Source: the human T2T-CHM13v2.0 reference genome, Homo sapiens. Taken from it: 64,000 nt of DNA. The notes beneath the pieces are model-generated. The model saw nothing but the letters and a program-made list of their open reading frames with translations, did not search any database and was not told the DNA's origin. This document shows positions 1 to 14,219 of this stretch, piece by piece. Each line of letters begins with the position of its first letter. The first letter of the stretch is position 1. Location of the stretch: the NCBI RefSeq assembly GCF_009914755.1, contig NC_060932.1; one strand, 5' to 3'. The position numbers and the translations under genes were made by a program.

Positions 1-1801
1 TTAATGGAGCCAAGACATTTGCGCTTGGTTTAATCAGTGAGTAGCAGAGGTGGGATGCAAGATAAGCGTACATGACTCCAAAGAACACAATTTTATCCAC
101 CAGGATGCTCTGCCTCCTATTCCCTAATGAAGTGCTTGGTACCTGATAAGCACTCAAGAACTATGTGTTGAATAAAGAAAGGAGTGCATGATAGAGAGTA
201 CTTCAAGAATATGATAGAAGTATGAAAAAACTTGTATGACATCAATGTGGTTAAAAAAAATCTGTCTGTGCATCAGGGAAGAACCTTTGCAGTGCTGGCA
301 AAATAAACAAACTCTTGGAATTTTCGAAACGGGATTTGCCCTGCATGTATTTTGAGTAGAAAGTCCTTAGGGCATTCCTGCAAATGTGCATCCGCCCAAA
401 CTTGAAAGTCGAGTCAGTCTAATCTTTGTAATGATAGTAGGACCCAGACCTGCTAAGAGACATCACATCCAGTTTTCTAAACAATTTCATCAGCATCATC
501 CCTGAGCCTCATTTAATCTTAAACCGTAGGAAGGAGCCCTTACAACCAGTTACTGGAACACAGCCAAGCCCTCAACCATGCCTGCTGCAACAGGTCCCAT
601 GACTTTGGACACGTGCTCAGGATGGATGTTGCCAAGATCCGAAAGCACAACTCTAGGGGGTGCTGAAGTGAGGAAGCAATAGGCAGGGTGGGCAGATAAT
701 GGACAAGCTGGGGCTGGACAAAGGCAAGTAGGAAACAACTAGGAAATCTCAGCAGGACCAGTAGCAGGAGCAGTAGCGGTAGCTGCAGCAGAAGTGGTAG
801 ACGAATCTGTTGTAGTTTTACTGTCAAGAGAGTTTGGCAGAACTTTCATAACTAGAGGAGGGATTTCAGAGGTGGAGCCAAAGCACTTCAGGTCACAGTG
901 ACCTGCTCTGTGAAGAAAATTTGAGACTGTTTCTGTACAGCCTAGCAACTAAGAAGTCAGCCCTGCTTGACAACTTGGAAACACACTCACCACACTGACC
1001 TATTATGTTTGGGTGCTCACTGCTGATGCATAAGTGAGTGCATGCAATGCCTTTTGTAATACAACCATTAAGAATGAAAAAATGAATCACTCACTTCCTA
1101 AATTTGCATCTTACCCATTAAAACTAACACAATGATTGACAAAATTTACTTGAATGAGCAACCCAGTCCTTCTCCCTACCTCCTCTTCTAATTAGATATC
1201 TTCTTCCCCATCATATGTTCTCTACTATTGATAGTACCCAGTATGTTGTCAAAACATTGGCTGTTTCATAATAAATCATTACATCCCAAACCAGAATTTA
1301 CCCAGAATACATTATGGTGAAATCACATGACACATTCAACTTATTCAAATGTATATAATGAAACTAAAAATGCATCCATTGTTTCTACACTTTAGCCACA
1401 CAAAAACAATTTGAATTTTAAAAAATGGGCAAAGGACTTGAACATACATGTCTCTACATAAGATATACTAATAAATAAGAACAAGAAAAAATGCCCAGTG
1501 TCACCAATCATTAGGGAAATGCAAATCAAAGCCATATTGAAACATTTCACTCCCATTAAGATGGCAACCATAAAAAACCTCAAACAAATAGAAATTAACA
1601 AGTGTTGACATGAACGTTGAGAAACTACAACTTTTGTGTATTGTTGCTCCCAATGTAAAATGGTGCAACTGCTATGAAAAATTGAATGGCAGTTTTTCAA
1701 AAAATTGGAAATAGAATTACCATATGATCCAACAATTCCACCTCTAGCATACAATCAAAAGAATTTAAAAAAACAGGGATTCAGATATTTGTATACCCAA
1801 G

Positions 1802-2502
<701 letters not shown>

Positions 2503-3237
2503 CCAAGTTTATTGCAGCATGATTTACAATAGCCAAAAGGTGGAGGCAACCCAAGTGTACATCTGTGAATAAATGAATAAACAAATTTGACAAATACATA
2601 CAACAGATATTATTCAGCCTTGAAAAGGAAGGGAATTCAAAACATGAATAAATTTTGAAGACATTGTGCTAGGTGAAATAAGCCAATCACAAAAGGACAA
2701 ATACTATATGATTCCACTACTGTGAGGTACTTAGAGAGGTCATTTCATAGAGACAGAAAGAAAAATGATGGTTGACAGGGACTGTTGGATTGAGGGCATG
2801 GGGGGATAGGTGGTGGAGAGTTATTTTTTAATGGGCTAGTTTTGGAAGATGAGAAAAAATTTCTGAAATGAGTGGAAATGATAGTTTCAAAACAATGTAA
2901 ATGTACTTAATGCCACTAAACTGTATGCTGAAAATGGTTAAAATGGTAAATTTTATGTTTTATATATATTTTACCATAATTTAAGAATGCATTCATTATT
3001 ATACTGTGCTTTATGGTATACATTCATGTGTATATATGAAGTTATTTATAAAAACAATATGTACTTTATTTTACTTCATGGGTAATTGAAGAGGTTTTAA
3101 ATGGTAATTTTTCTATGTGTAATTACTAATTTACAAGCTCAGTTTCTAACTTAACCATTATTTAGGATGCAACGCCACTGAATTTTTCTTCTCAAATTTT
3201 GAAAAGATCAGTGATGGCAGAAAGGTGAAACAGTACA

Positions 3238-3265
3238 GTGTGTGTGTGTGTGTGTGTGTGTGTGT
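3238..3265. repeat. (TG)n microsatellite
   Basis: About 14 GT units read directly. Confidence 0.97.
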
Positions 3266-5141
3266 ATTATGGACTAAAATATAGGGTACACTATAGTAGG
3301 TAATTGTTTAAATTCCCAAAGGTCTTCTCTAAATTCATTAGATCACTAAGCATCCAAATTTCAAATGATGTCCCCATTTCCATTTTGATTGAGGATCCAT
3401 GAATAACTGAGTGCCTTTTTTTAAATGTAAAAATCACTGGCCATGACTTAAGCCATACTTTTATTTCCTGGGAGAAAACTACAAGGTAAATAGACTTTAT
3501 ATGAGTTCACATTACTTCATGAAATTTTGCTGACAAAACACATCAGAATAGGTTGGACACACAAATTTTTGGTAAATGTTATAACCAAGAGTTTAAAAAG
3601 AAAATGCATAAAAGCCATAATAAATCAGAAAATTCCGCTTTGTTATTTCCAAAAATTATGTCAATCATCTAATCATCTGTCAGTTTGGCCACCCCTTTGT
3701 AGTATGCTGTTGAAAAGCACATGATTGTCTACAGTCTTATTCCTAAAGCACCCACACATTTTTCTCTTTTCGACATAAGGAATTTATTTTCTACTCATAG
3801 TACCTTTTGCTGCAATCGCATTCAATTCTACGGATCTTGGTGACAAAGTAGCCCTGAGAGCTATTACTGGAAACAGAAATAGGAAACAGTGGGATCTCTA
3901 AGCCTGTTAACTTCCTTATTTCAGAATCTTAACAGGAGAGTGCAGAAGGGTCACTGGAAAAGAAAAGACATGTTTTGAAATGGCTGAAACTTCTCAAACA
4001 TCACAATCTGCTTTGCAGCCACAATAAAAGGTGTAATCTCCTTTCCTGGTGAAAATGGTAGCACTCATTCACAGAGAGGCTTATTTCTGGGCCCTTTTAG
4101 AATCAGTTAAATTCACTTCTCTTGACTATCTAGAACCAGAAGAAAATCTCCTGTGTTTAATGTTCTGTGCAAAGAAACAAGGGATAGACATCTTGAGCGT
4201 CTTTAGTGAAAGTGAAGTGAAAATGGAAAGTATTGACTGACATGGGAAACCTCACAGGTACATCAGGAACTCTCTTGCCAAAAGAAGAATGGTTTATCTT
4301 GACAGTTTTCTCATATCCTACATAGAAATTCCTGGAGGTGAAAATGATCTAGCTCTAACCTGATGCTTAGTAATGTGATTGTTGTCTCTCTTATTCTATG
4401 AAAGATAACCCCAGCAGGATATTGGAATGATGTTTGACTCTGTACTAAGAACTATGATTTCAGTTGATAGCTTTATAAAAAAATCTGAAAACCGTACTCC
4501 CTGACCTATCTGAAAACTTTGATCTTTTGCCAACCAGAGATCACATCTAGAAGTAATCTTTCACTTTTTAAAAGCACCAGAATTTCAATATGTCTAAGGA
4601 GAGAGTAAAGGAAAAAAAAAATTATATCTATGTTGAAGCTGTCTGTCTCACAATTTTATTTTTCTTGTTTCATAAAATTTTGATATTCCTAAACTTCTCT
4701 CGACTCCTCTATTTCAGTTCTGCTTTATGGGAATAAATGTGGAGACTGCTCTCCCCAGACAATTACCCAAAGTGCCACAACGCTTCTTACCCATATGCAA
4801 CTCGTAACAAGATATCAAATGTCAGTAGGAAGCCTAGAAACTATAACTCCTAGAAGACAGAAAAACCTGTCTTATTTAGCTTTATCACCTCCCAGCTGCC
4901 CCCAACAAGACTTGCATGTGGCTTTGCCATGGTGAACACTCATTTATTGCTTATTGAACCGGAATCTTATTGTAAGGTTCTTTATTAATCTCAGAAGCCA
5001 TCTTCTTAGTGAGTTTCTCAGAGAAAGCTGCCTGATTCAAAAGAGTATTATTGTGAGGTCAAGAGTGTTTTCTTTAAATAAAGTAAATTAAGAACTTTAA
5101 TTCTTGCCTTGCATGTATCAACTTTAATAGTTATACATAAC

Positions 5142-5276
5142 TTTTTGTTTGTTTTTAGTAGAGACTGGGTCTTACTAAGTTGCCATGGCTGGCCTCAAAC
5201 TCTTGGCCTCAAGCAATCCTTTGGCCTTGGCCTCCCAAGGTGCTGGGATGACAGGTGTGAGCCACGGCACCCAGCC
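5142..5276 (-). mobile_element. Alu left monomer (FLAM-like)
   Basis: TTTTTAGTAGAGACTGGGTCTT ... GGCCTCCCAAGGTGCTGGGATGACAGGTGTGAGCCAC; no right monomer. Confidence 0.88.
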
Positions 5277-6189
5277 TATATACAACTATTTTTATTCAAT
5301 AGGTGAAGACAATGTTAATTGGTGTATTCAATGTCTGAAAATGTTACAGCTAGAAACATGGCCCACAATTCATAATGCCTACTCTTATGATTTATAAAAT
5401 TTTACAAGTTTTATTTTCTTACATTACGGAAGAAATGATTTGGTGATGTTCCATGATTCATGATATTGGACAAGGATCTCTCCTCAGCAAAGCAGAGGGA
5501 AAGTTCCCGGAATTCTAGGCTGAGTCAGATTCCAGCAGGTCCCTATTGCTTTCTCTCCCTACTGCTAATGGGTAGACAGAATGATTAACTTACTGTGGGC
5601 TTGGTGTTATGTGAGAAATGAAAAAAGGGAGTGCCTCCAGTTCCTGTGTTCGACACATTTTACAATCTTGCTGGCAAGATCAAAAGAACAGATATAAAAC
5701 AAGAAGATACTAAGACTTAAACCATGAAGCACTAACTATTGCACCAAGGACTGGGAAGTCTCAATGAAAAAGTGAAATTTAAATTAGGCCTTGAATGAAG
5801 AATATAATTTGAAAACACAAAAGAAAACTCATTACTGGATATGAGGGAATAAGTGATGAGAGTAGGAAAGATCACGGCATGAAGAAAGAACAAGGATATT
5901 GATTTGACAAAAATAGAGGTGAAGAGGCCAGGGACTGATAGCAAATGACCTTGCTTGTGTAGGCTAAAACACATTACCCTTCTTCACATCCTTAGTACCC
6001 TGAATAGTGTCTGGTACCTGACCTACACTCAATAACTATTTATTAAGTGAAGCAGATTAGAAAAGATTTTTTCTCAAAATCAAGCAGGGATGTTCCGACA
6101 GGTTGTGATAAATTAATGAAGATTTCTTGATCAGGGAAATGTTACGGTGTAAATAAATAATCATGCTTTGGAAGATTGATTGCTAGAGC

Positions 6190-6392
6190 AGAGAGAACGC
6201 ATTGCCTTTGGATTCAGATGAGCCTGTAAATTGTATGACCGTGGGCAAATTACTGAACATTTCTAAGCTTCAGTTTCTTTGTAATAAAGTAGGACGTAAT
6301 ATTTACCTTGGAGGGCTATTGAGAGAATTGACTGAAATAATATGCACCAGGTTCCCAGCAAGGGGCCTCGTATTGTAATGCTTTATAAATTC
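6190..6392 (+). mobile_element. MIR SINE
   Basis: MIR core-like TGACCGTGGGCAAATTACTGAACATTTCTAAGCTTCAGTTTCTT. Confidence 0.75.
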
Positions 6393-7659
6393 TACCCACT
6401 TTTTCTTCCTGGACAGTGACATTACAAACTGGTTGAAAAGGGCAAGAGACAAGCAATAGGGAGAGAGTGACCTAGAACAGGATGGAGGTAGCATGGATGT
6501 CCAAAACAGTCTAAGGAAAAAAACAAGGCTTAGAAAAAATTGTTCCTAGGGCATGAATCAAATATACAACCAAAATTTTTATTCTACTGTACATGAGAAT
6601 GGTTTTTAAACTAATAAAAAAACGGTTGCTGAGAATATCTGATATTTTGGAAGATCTATCTTTACCTTTAAACATAATTACATTTCCCAATTATGTTCTT
6701 AAATATTCCTTCAGAGGATTCTGACTTGATTAGCAAAATCTTATGGAGTTTTCTTAAAAATAAAGAAAATATATTTCTAGGAAAACAATAAATATAACCA
6801 AAGTAAAGCTATTCTAAGTAAAGGAACACTGTGAAAAGTCAGCTCTTTAATCCAACCTCATGGATTAATTTAAAGAATTAAAAAGATACTAAGTTTTCTA
6901 ATGATCTATAAGAACATTGGTTTATTTTGGCAGATCATTTTATTGAGGATTCCATTCTAAGAAACAATGAAGCATACTATATAGATTTAGAAAAGTAATT
7001 ATACATGAAAAACCTTTAAATATTAATTAATTTATATCAGCAACCACTGCTTGCCTAGAATGCCAGCAGTACGTAAAGAAATATTGGTGTGTCCTAATGG
7101 AGGAATGGCAGGTCAATTGCCAAAAGTGGAAATATCTTTGCCTGAAGCTATTTTAAGTAAGATATGTCCCTCCTTCACTTCCCAAAACAGGAAAAAATTT
7201 GATAAAGATGAGCCATTATGTACAGTTAACAAAATAATAAATTTCACTACAAATGAAGCTTAAATTAAAAGTTTACTTTTACTGGAAAATCATTTTGACT
7301 TTTGGAGATGAAAATAAGAGATGAAATGTTTGTCCTAAGTCATACAAGATTCAAGGGAAACAGAACTGCTCTTTGTTGTATAAACAAAGTCAAAGATAAA
7401 TAGTCAACGAGGCTGAGCAGCAATCTAAGTTGAAAGAGTTTGGAATAAATATAAATTCCTATCAGCTATACATGTATAATTCCTGGGCAGCATCAGTCTT
7501 TTCCTGTCTGATCACAGATGCTCCTGGCATGTATGGATCTCCACCTTTTTGGTGACTCTGCTCTGAACAATGAACATGAAGATAAATATGTCCCCCACAC
7601 AAAGAACTACAGCCATCTTACAAACTGTTATCTCCTATCACCATAGCACCCTGTCTTCA

Positions 7660-8130
7660 GTCACAGGAGGCAGAAAAATCTGACCATGCCAAGTCCTTAC
7701 TTAAAATCCTTCAGAAGGTCCACAGCTTTGAGGATAAATTCCAACCACCGGAGTACGTAAGGAATAGATGGGAGCCTCTTCTACTGTATAGGATCAACTC
7801 TTGCTTTTCCCTCAGGATGGACCCCATATTCCAATGCTGGTAAACCACTTGAGGTTTCCAGACCTTTTCTCTTGGGCAGGCTTAGAACACCCTTCCCCTC
7901 AAAATTTCATCTCTGGACATTTACCTGTGTTGTTACACCTTGCAGAAAACATTCTCTGGATATCCTCTTCAAGCCTCACTGGATTCAGTGCTTTTGCAGA
8001 AACCCTCTCATATTCTTTCTTCTAATAAATTTCTTTCCCATCCACTAGAATATGAGTTTGTGGGATTGTGTTCTTGTATTTTTAGCATACAGCACAGTTT
8101 GAGGCAGCTAGCAGATACTGGTGAACTAAT
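7660..8130 (+). mobile_element. Degenerate L2 LINE 3' region
   Basis: L2-like CTGACCATG...TTAAAATCCTTCAG...AGGATAAATTCCAA and CCACTAGAATATGAG...AGCACAG. Confidence 0.5.
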
Positions 8131-10489
8131 GAGGTGGAAGGAACTCAATTTTATTTCAAGTACAAATAGTTTAATGAAGGTTTCAGGACTATCTGAAGTC
8201 AGATACAGTCTGTACGTTAGCACTGTTTTCCAAACACCACTGTAGCTGTCCAGTTTCTCCACCCAGCTCCCCTTGAATATACATTATTTAAAAAAATCTT
8301 TTATTCTTTACTTCAAGTTATTCCGCTACACAAAAACCACCAAGAAGACACTTGAAGTCGAGATACTCCAGAAATTTCACATTCTTGGCAAATGCTTTGC
8401 GATTCAGTTTTTCCTGAAAGGAACCCTCTTCTACGAATCTGATTGAAAAACATGGCCTTATTCTCCTTTTTGCTAGAAGCCATTTGATGGATGCAGTGCA
8501 GCTTTACAAGTGAATTCCAAGTGATTGGTGAAAATAAAATATAATGCCACTGGAATGGTATAAATCAGACTTTTACCAAGAACATAAATTTCTGTTCATA
8601 TAATTCTCTCATTTCAACATGCAAATTAAAAAATAAAAGTTGGAAATGGAAATGTTGGTGTGGCCCCACCCCTCTGTTTTGCTTGCAAACTCCTGAGATG
8701 CAGCTAGAAACAGAATATTCCGTACTAATTTGTCGTCTGTGTGACAAAGAGATGAAGGTGACAGCTTCTTTGATGACGGCTTGATAAAGCAATTTTATTG
8801 TTCTTAACAGTGACTCAAGGAAAACACAGTCCCCACTTAACATTTGACACAGAGCCACGTGTCTTCATAGAACATATATGTGTACTCTGTATATATAGTT
8901 TATATATCCTAAATAAACTCACTACTTTGTTTCTGAAGAGAATCAGCTTAGCATTCATGTACTGTATATATAAAATATGCACACACATATATACTATCTA
9001 CACATGTATGTGTTTGCAGTGACTAAAACAGTATGCATGAATGTGTATGTTAGGATGAGTTTCCATGACTATAACCCAGACCTGCTGCCAAGATTATTCA
9101 TAAAGATTACAACATGCTGTCAGGGCAAATTCAATATTCCATAGTTATTTTTTTTTCTGTTTAGATAGTGTTTCTATAGACGACTGATTGGGGTCTATAG
9201 CTATCACTCACCTTTCAAAATTATTTTGTCAGAAGTCATAGAGCTTTTTGTTTCTTCATGCATTTTTTTTCTGTTAATCCAGTAAAGAAGAAAAAGTTTT
9301 GACATGGTGTTAGTTGTTACCCCTCCAGAGTATTTAGAGACCACTTTTAATCAAAGTAAAAGGAAAATATAATATGGAGTAATTTGCCCTTGCCCCATCC
9401 CTCAAGTTGGAGCCAGGCCAGACTACATGTTTCTATTATCAGAGATATTTTTAGTCACAGGTTGTATGGTTGTCTAGGGTCAAGAAATGTCCCCATGATC
9501 ATTTGCCTCCACCATTCCTAAGCTATGATATAGACTCATAAACATGTAGACAGGGAATGTCTCTGCAAAGAGAGAAACCATCCAGAGTACAGGGATGTCA
9601 GAAAGAAAGAACACGGATGAAAGAGCCCAAGAAGAGGCTCAAATATACAACCTCTGCTATGTAAGTCTCAGGGAAGGACGATTCCTGTTGAGTTAAGGAG
9701 TAACTCATAAGAAAGCAGGAGAATTGCAGCGCCTCCAACAACTCTGCTTCTTCCAAGAAGATAACTGAATTATTGGCAGTTCTTCTGGAAAATAACCCCA
9801 CATTGGAAGGATGAGAAGCGACCCTGAATTTTTCATAAAAACTCTGCCAAACTTGGGAGAAAAAAAAAAAAGGAAACACTGCTTTGGAAATTTTATTGAT
9901 TTAAAAATACATATGAAGAGACATTAAAAATAAGGTTCATACTTGTCATGAATTGAACAAAGGTGATCCTATGTACTTTCATGGCAATGGATTTTTAAAA
10001 CATACAGAAACTATTTTTAGTTTTATATTTTAGAGCTAGAGCTGTAGTGTTCTAAAACCTAATACCAAATTTTGGCTAATCTTTTCATATGTCCTTTTTT
10101 TATTCAGTGCTTAGAAATAAATAACTTTAGTGATCATAATGTCCTTAAATGTAAAATAGTTAAGTTTAAAAAATTTCAAAATACCTTTTCCTATTGTAAA
10201 TGAATTAACAATAGTTATTAGATTCCCCAGTGTTTTTTGTCAACACGCTTTTTTCTATGGGATTTAGAAAATACAATTAGTGATATTTTTCCTAATCCAG
10301 AATAAATTTTCTTTTTGCTTTGTATGCATTCTAGCCAGATGAGTGGGCAATTATTTTGAAGGTTGACAATCTGCTCCAAGTCTTAGAAAGCAGGCAAGTC
10401 CCCAAAGAAAGAAGGAAAAGACTTGAGATCTCAGCTTAGAGTTACGGAAATTACATGGACTTTAATGATAAAGAAACACTTACAGAAAA

Positions 10490-10640
10490 AAAAAAATAAA
10501 CCTGGCTCTGCTATTTATTGATTTTGTAATCTTGGGCAAATTGTTTTTGGCTTTGCTTCCGTTTCTCAATTTTTTAAATGATGACAGTGGAGGGGAGGGG
10601 GAGATCACCTTCCAGAGATGTCCTGGCAATTAAATGACTT
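10490..10640 (+). mobile_element. MIR fragment
   Basis: CCTGGCTCTGCTATTTATTG...TCTTGGGCAAATTG. Confidence 0.55.
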
Positions 10641-11356
10641 ATTTTTATATTAAACATCTGATTTTGTGCCTGACTTTTCTTCTTCACATGCTTGCTTTCA
10701 AACTTACTGACCTTCTTTTTCCCCCTGAAACAAGTAAAGGAATAAAAAAGGTTTCCCTGACTTCTAAAAGTTATGAAATCTGTGGTGCCACAGACACATC
10801 CTGTTTCTGTGCAGCATGAGTTATTCAGCATTATTAGTAGACACATTGCTGCTTCCAGGCACAGGAGCATTTCTGAATGTGGTTCAATAGAAGTGCTTTT
10901 AGTAAAACACTTCATTAATTCCAGATACTCCACCACAGCATAGTGTTATCACTGAATTCTGTTGACCTAGTTAAGCCATCTCTAATTTTATTCCTGAAAG
11001 TCTATAATTAGGATGGTCTGAAATAGCCTGAAAATATTCAGCGCCAGCACTTGTCTCAAAAGGCAAGTAGCAAAACCTTCAATAAGGCCTTTTCTGAGAT
11101 TTGTTCTTTTATGTCACTGGATTTGACAATCTTTCAGCATGGAGAGAGAGTGGGGGAAAGGGGAGGGTAGATTAGGAGGAAACCAGAGAGAAGAGGGAAA
11201 GGGAGGGGAGGAGAAGAGGCAGAAATAATAATCTGTCAGTTTTGTGAGTTTCATCAAATTGTTGACCAGGTCATTACTCAAATTCATTACTAGATATCTG
11301 AAATCCGTGAGTAAAGGTTGAGAGAATCATCCCTAATAAACATTCTCGTTTAAAAA

Positions 11357-11408
11357 ATTATTTATTTTTATTTTTAATTTTGTGGGTACACAGTAGGTGT
11401 ATATATTT
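11357..11408 (-). mobile_element. L1MA extreme 3' end fragment
   Basis: TTTTAATTTTGTGGGTACACAGTAGGTGTATATATTT resembles the reverse-complemented L1MA terminus. Confidence 0.6.
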
Positions 11409-12669
11409 CAACGAACGAACAGATCTTTACATCAACACGGCTTCTGCTTTTGTGATTGGGGCTTTTAAGAACACAATAATACCACTTTTCAGAAAAAGCT
11501 AGACATGAATGTAACAGTATTTTCCAACTCAAGTGTCCCTCTTATCCCCCTTCCTCCAGCAAAAGAGCTTCAGAAACGCAACACCTATCAAGTAGTTCCT
11601 CAGAAATGCCAGATTGCTGGGATTTTAGAGCCCTACTTTTTTTTCCTTTTTGACATTTAGACAGATTGAGTTTGAGAGAGGAAGTGACTCTGAGTCCAGA
11701 CTGCCCCGCACCACTGTCAGAGGAAATAACTGAAGTAAAATGAAGTGATAATATACTGTAGAATATTTAACAGAGAGAAAGGCAGAGGAAAATGGCAATC
11801 TGGGAATATACAGCGAATCCCCAAAATAGACACAGGCTCCAGTGCCAGAACAAATGCCAAGTACAGTAGATCATAAAATGGTAAAACGACCTTGCCCTGT
11901 GGGCTCTGTGTTGACACAGGAAAAATGGCTCCCCAATAGCCGGCATAGCCGGGTCTTTATTCGCAGTTTCTGCTATCGTTTGTCAGGGACTCTGCCAACT
12001 TTCCTCTCTACTCTTTTCTGTATATTCATCAGTGAGAGAGCTGGTAAGTAACCACCTTAATGACTGCAGCATGTTGCAGTAGGATTAATGACAGATAAAG
12101 TACAACTCTGGGCTCTTATGTCACGTTGTGAATGAAATCAGAGGGTTCTGGGGAGGATATTAGCAAAGCTCCTTCCATTTTGTAGAAGACTCAAGGTGAC
12201 TAGGGACATTTAGATTTCCCTCCCAAGGAAAGCTATGATAAATAGAGCGGTGAAGGAAAAATACACCCCCTTCTGTGCGCTTAATGAGTGACCTGCCACC
12301 TTCTGGGAAATGGGATAAGAATGCTGACGTGGTGTCTTAGCTTGATGCAAAGGTTGAAAAATTGACAAAACAAACCTTCGTCATTTGCTGAAAGCCACAG
12401 AGAGGAATGATGCTTGGAGCAGGGAAAACATCTTTTAAAAGAATACTGCTACCTCATATTCATGGTAGCATTGGAGAGATTTACATTCGAAGAAGGCCTG
12501 TTTGCCTTTTTTACTGTGTGGATAGAAGAGAGTAGTCGTTTTTCCTCACATTCCGGCAAAATTTCGTTTAATCTTTATACTAAGGCTTTCGGGTACGCAG
12601 GTGACTGCTGGCCAGCCATTGAGGCTGAGATCATCATCAACATTAAGAATTAAGAAGACTTCATCCTAG

Positions 12670-12765
12670 CTTGCTTGCTTTCTTTTTCTTTTTTCTTATC
12701 TTTTTTCCTTTCCTTCTTTTCTTCCTTCCATTCTTTCTATCTTTTTTTTTTCTTGGTTTCTTTCA
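12670..12765. repeat. CT-rich low-complexity tract
   Basis: Near-pure pyrimidine run (TTTC/TTCC units). Confidence 0.85.
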
Positions 12766-13704
12766 ACTTAAAGACAATCTTTAACATCTTGACAAAAGGA
12801 AAAACAAAAAGTAAATCAGCTTACAGAGAAAAGGTTTAGGTGGAGAAATAAATAGGAAAAAATATACAAAGAAAAGCCAACAGAAATCTGGTCAGGACAA
12901 TTCCCTGGGATGAGTGTTAGGAGACGGTATGCATTTAGAAATACATGTATAAACTATGGAAAGTTTCCCACTAAAAAAATGATTACTTCTGGTTACTAAA
13001 TGCAGAAAAACGAAGTGATTTTTAAACGCTGGCTGAAGTTTCTACCCACGTGTGAATCTATACAGCTTCAATAAAAAGCGGTTGTCATTTGTCAAAGATA
13101 AAGTTCCTGTGATTTGGGGTAGAAATTAAAACTGGAAAAATGGTTGTCCAGAGTTTCTATTCGAATTGTATGTAGTTTTTAGGCTAGAAGTTAGTTCAGT
13201 CTTGGTAAATAGGAACTTCCCATTTCAGAGAAAAAAAACTTCACTAAAATCCAAGAATATTTCTTTATAAAATAATTCTTATAAAAATTATTTGATAAGT
13301 TGTAACTAGTTTTCCTTCAGGTTCCAAAGGATTTAATTAAGGGAGAAATTAATTGGCAAATCAATTTTGACTTTTCTCTAATATAAAATGTTTTAAAAGT
13401 ACTTCTATAGTTTACATAAACTAATATATTATTTGAATTATTTTTTAATAGGAGAACATATTGATACGCATTGAATGAATTTTTAGTATGGAAACTGAAA
13501 CAAATGTTTTCATTAAAAAGAAATTAAGTGTATTAAAGAAAATTCATAAAAATATGGAAAAAATTTTTAAAAGGCTTCTCTACCATGTAAACATAACTGC
13601 TGTTAACATTTTAATGTGTATCCTCCAATTCTTGTTTCACAATGAATTCATTCTTTAAAATATTTTTAGTTGTAATTTTACTGCTTGCATAATTTATTAG
13701 TGAT

Positions 13705-13910
13705 AATAATAATAGTTATGATTTATTCAGTACCTATAATGTACCAGGTATGCTATCTATTTTACATTTAATCACTAAATTAATTATGTAAAATAGGAGG
13801 GTAGAGAAACTGAGATTCAAACTTGCCAAAGAGGACACAGTAAGTGTTGTAGCTAAACTTGAACTCAGTTTTGCTTTTCTATGCTCATTCCACATCACTG
13901 TGCCTGTCTA
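13705..13910 (-). mobile_element. MIR SINE
   Basis: AATAATAATAG...GTACCAGGTATGCT...GAAACTGAGATTCAAACTTGCCAAAG...CTTGAACTCAG. Confidence 0.65.
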
Positions 13911-14219
13911 CCTAATGTAAGATATTTAAGCTTCAATATCTTACATAAATGACATTATAACTATAAGAATTTTCCACTTTGAGTAGGTACAAATATCCAA
14001 AAAATAGGGTTTCACACAAAACAGCACTATGATGAAACTGTGGTGGATAGTACACATTTGTGACAAAGTTTCAACTAAACCTCTAAGTTCAATTTAGCCT
14101 TTTTTTTTTTTGGCTAATAATAAGAATTGTGGTTCATGCCAGAGTATGCCCAGTGGTGAAAATATACATTATTTACTCTGAGACTTCTAAATTTATTGCT
14201 TATATGTGATAATATGTAA

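Noticed and set aside
540-827. Leu-rich signal-peptide-like 95-aa ORF
   Set aside because: It has a non-ATG start, the poly-Leu comes from a degenerate CTG/CTA triplet run, and I recognise no homologue; kept only as an unassigned block under findings
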